Origin: an uncultured Actinomycetota bacterium
GTDB lineage: Bacteria > Actinomycetota > Actinomycetes > Mycobacteriales > QHCD01
Assembly (NCBI GenBank): GCA_963837545.1
Contig: CAWINQ010000005.1
Span: forward strand, 49,525-113,524
Length of the DNA: 64,000 nt
Direction of reading: 5' to 3'
Made by a program: the position numbers and the translations under genes. Within the stretch, counting starts at the first letter, position 1. Each line of letters starts with the position of its first letter. Of the stretch, positions 61,765 to 64,000 are shown piece after piece. A model generated the notes under the pieces. The model was given only the letters and a program-made list of their open reading frames with translations, was not told the DNA's origin and searched no databases.

Positions 61765-64000
61765 CCGGTCGTCCCGGACGGGCGGTACGGCGCCGGATGC
61801 GCCGACCTCGGGAAGCAGACCCAACTCGCGGGCGCGCCGTACGGCGTCGCGCCGATTGCCGACCGCAAGCTTGCGGTACAGCGTCTTCAGGTGTGCCTTG
61901 ACCGTGTTCGGCGAGACGCACAGCTCCTGCGCGATCTCGCTGTTGCTGCGCATCGTCGGGAGGAACCGCAGCATCGTGAGTTCGCGGTCGGTCAGCGGAT
62001 CGGGCCACCGCGATGGCCGTCTGGCGATCCCGCCGCCCGGTGCGGTCCGCGTGCTGATGAGGCCGGCGACGAAGGCGTCGTGTCCCCCGCCGAGTTGGAC
62101 GTGCCGGGACAACAGCGGGCGCAGCCGCGCCCCCAGGATCTGGAACGGCAGCTGGATCCGCTCCTCGTCGGCCAGGGCGAGAGCACGGGAGAGAGCGTCG
62201 AGCGCGCGGCTGTCCTCCCGGAGCCGGTCCGCGATGAGCGCTTCGGTCAGCCAGGTGTGGATGAGGACCACGGCGTCGGCGTAGGGGGCGTCCCGCACCG
62301 GGAGCAGCGCCTCCTCGGCCTCCCGCGGCGACCCGAGAGCAAGGTGGGCCCGCGCGGTCAGGACGCGCTCGCGGTGGATCGGCGGCATCGACTCGGGGTG
62401 CTTCTCGAGACCGGTGAGCGCGGCCGCCGGGTCGCCCGCGGCGAGGTCGATCTCGGCATCGACGATCCGCCCCCAGCGGCGCAGCATCCCCGGTGCGGCC
62501 GCCCCGGCGTACTGCTGGCGGACCCGCTGGAGCTCCGCCCGGGCACGGTCGAAGTCCCCGGTCAGGGCCAGCATCCTGCTCCGGACCAGGCCCGTGCCAT
62601 GAGCCAGCGCCGGTTCGATGACCGGTTCGATCGCGACGAGTTCGCCCTCGAGGAGCCGGCGCGCGTCGTCGATCTCGAGCCGCTCGAGATGGACGATGAC
62701 GGCCGCGAGGTACGCCGCACCGATCTGCATCTCCGAGCGCCACCCCCGCGCGTCGGCGAAGTGCAGCGCGTGCCGCGCCAGCGCCGAGGCGGAGTCCAGC
62801 CGGCCGGCGATCGCGTGGACGAGGGCCAGGTAGCTCGAGGAATTGAGCTCGACGAGTTCCAGGCCGGCCAGGTGCGCCGCGGTGAGCGCGGCGTGCAGCG
62901 TCGCCTCGGCCCGCGCGCTGTGGCCGATCCACGTCTGCGCCACGCCCATGTTGGTCAGCGCTATCGCGCGGTATTGCTCGACCAGCCGCGGTTCGAGGTC
63001 GCGGTCGGCATCGACGAGGCGGAGCACGTCGTCGGCCGCGGCCGTCATCCCGCCGATGTCGCCCCGCAGCCGGGCCACGCCCAGTGCGAGCAGCCGGCGG
63101 GCGGCGACCAACGGCTCACGCTCGGCCGCCGGCAGGTCGTCGATCAGCCGCCCGGCCAGACCGATCTGGACGGCCAGCAGGTCGGTTTCGGGTTCACCGT
63201 CGTCGATCCGGGTGACCTTCTCGGACGCGGTGTGGGCGGGGAGTTGTTCGAGCATGCGCGCGAGGGTCTGCCGGTTGGTGGACAGCAGCAGGGGAACGCC
63301 GACCCGTCCGATGATCGTGCCGGCGAGGCGCCAGTCCTCGGCAGCCATGGCATGCCGGACCGCTTCGACCGGCTCGCCGTGCTCGGCGAACCACTCGGCG
63401 GCCGCGGAGTGCAGGGTGGGCACCTCGCCGGGTGACTCGACGGACAGCCGGTGGCGCAGCACCTCGACGAACATCGGGTGGTAGCGGTACCAGGCCTGCC
63501 GATCGCCGAGCCCGGCGACGAAGGCGTTGTCGTGCACGAGCCGCTCGAGCACCTGGGCCCCATCGTGGCCCCCGGTCATCGCATCGGCCAGGTCGCCGCA
63601 CAACCGGTCGGACAGGCAGGTGCGCAGTAGAAAGCGCTGGACCGGGCGGTCGAGCCGGCAGAGGACCTCCGCGATGAGGTACTCGGCGACCGTCCGGTCG
63701 TCACCGGCGTACCGGGCGACGCCCCGATCGACGTCGTCGCACCCGACCAGCGACATGGCGGCGAGCCGCAACCCCGCCGCCCAGCCCTCGGTCCGGCTCA
63801 GCAGGGTCTCGACCTGATCCTGGTCCAGTGGGAGGCCGTGCCCGGCGAACAGCTGCGACGCCTCCTCGGCACCGAACGCCAGGTCCGCGGCCCGGACCTC
63901 GGTGAGCTCACCGGCGAGCCGCAGGCGATGCAGCGGCAGCGGCGGGTCGGCCCGGGTGGCGAGGACAAGCCGCAGCGCGGCCGGAAGGTGCCGCACCAGC
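61648..64000 (-). CDS. LuxR-family (LAL / MalT-like) transcriptional regulator. C-terminal part; the N-terminus lies beyond the right edge.
   Basis: C-terminal LuxR HTH (LTDRELTMLRFLPTMRSNSEIAQELCVSPNTVKAHLKTLYRKL), preceded by TPR-like repeats. Confidence 0.8.
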   Translation of the reverse strand, partial: LVRHLPAALRLVLATRADPPLPLHRLRLAGELTEVRAADLAFGAEEASQLFAGHGLPLDQDQVETLLSRTEGWAAGLRLAAMSLVGCDDVDRGVARYAGDDRTVAEYLIAEVLCRLDRPVQRFLLRTCLSDRLCGDLADAMTGGHDGAQVLERLVHDNAFVAGLGDRQAWYRYHPMFVEVLRHRLSVESPGEVPTLHSAAAEWFAEHGEPVEAVRHAMAAEDWRLAGTIIGRVGVPLLLSTNRQTLARMLEQLPAHTASEKVTRIDDGEPETDLLAVQIGLAGRLIDDLPAAEREPLVAARRLLALGVARLRGDIGGMTAAADDVLRLVDADRDLEPRLVEQYRAIALTNMGVAQTWIGHSARAEATLHAALTAAHLAGLELVELNSSSYLALVHAIAGRLDSASALARHALHFADARGWRSEMQIGAAYLAAVIVHLERLEIDDARRLLEGELVAIEPVIEPALAHGTGLVRSRMLALTGDFDRARAELQRVRQQYAGAAAPGMLRRWGRIVDAEIDLAAGDPAAALTGLEKHPESMPPIHRERVLTARAHLALGSPREAEEALLPVRDAPYADAVVLIHTWLTEALIADRLREDSRALDALSRALALADEERIQLPFQILGARLRPLLSRHVQLGGGHDAFVAGLISTRTAPGGGIARRPSRWPDPLTDRELTMLRFLPTMRSNSEIAQELCVSPNTVKAHLKTLYRKLAVGNRRDAVRRARELGLLPEVGASGAVPPVRDDRLVLDPVSVGRGAVGPVVGHLGPAADLDEFEAEGLHTRQ

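Overview
This is a high-GC (about 70%+) actinobacterial chromosomal window. It carries SARP/AfsR-like and LuxR-family (LAL-type) regulators, an F420-type luciferase-like oxidoreductase, a mycothiol-type PIG-L deacetylase and a HelD helicase, so it is most likely an actinomycete. I cannot assign a genus.

Gene content is mostly housekeeping and accessory metabolism:
- Enolase-superfamily enzyme, FAD monooxygenase, and a DUF427 / beta-carbonic anhydrase / CPA1 antiporter operon.
- A tightly coupled 4-gene cluster: sulfite-oxidase-like molybdenum-cofactor (Moco) enzyme, FNR-like flavoprotein, rubredoxin-like small Cys protein, and zf-UBP protein.
- RidA and a GIY-YIG (Cho-like) nuclease, divergent from helD.
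- zur with znuA/znuC/znuB plus a second ZnuB.
- An ArsR-regulated VOC-family gene, and a ROK-regulated sugar locus (sugar ABC importer, split Tm-1-like UPF0261 plus PEP-hydrolase-like pair, EthD, Gfo/Idh/MocA oxidoreductase, secreted BNR glycosidase).
- A SAM methyltransferase, F420-type LLM oxidoreductase, NfeD plus flotillin pair, PIG-L deacetylase, cyclase, and ScyD/E-like propeller.
- DrrAB-like ABC exporter, and a 1070-aa SARP-NB-ARC-TPR regulator preceded by a truncated, probably dead IS256-family transposase remnant.
- A sulfatase-like protein with Thr in place of the catalytic Cys, GH116 and GH3 glycosidases, gnd, three STAS antagonists, a holin-like protein, an AraA-like isomerase, an APH-like kinase, a KcsA-like K+ channel, and a LuxR-family (LAL-type) regulator that runs off the right edge.

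The most striking non-genic signal is a family of about 65-bp imperfect palindromic intergenic elements: 6 'A' units and 3 related 'B' units, including B-A and B-A-B composites. They share arms CATCGTGCGCC-TACTCGCA / TGCGAGTA-GCGCACGATG. They are scattered in divergent, tandem and convergent intergenic contexts, which resembles a REP/MITE-like repeat family.

At least five apparent single-nucleotide frameshifts (znuA, VOC, ScyD-like, and two in a geranylgeranyl-reductase-like gene) suggest either indel-type sequencing errors or local pseudogenisation. Several short tandem-repeat or iteron-like arrays and a clear ArsR-type operator palindrome are also present.

Many long ORFs in the supplied track are antisense GC-frame artefacts and were not called.
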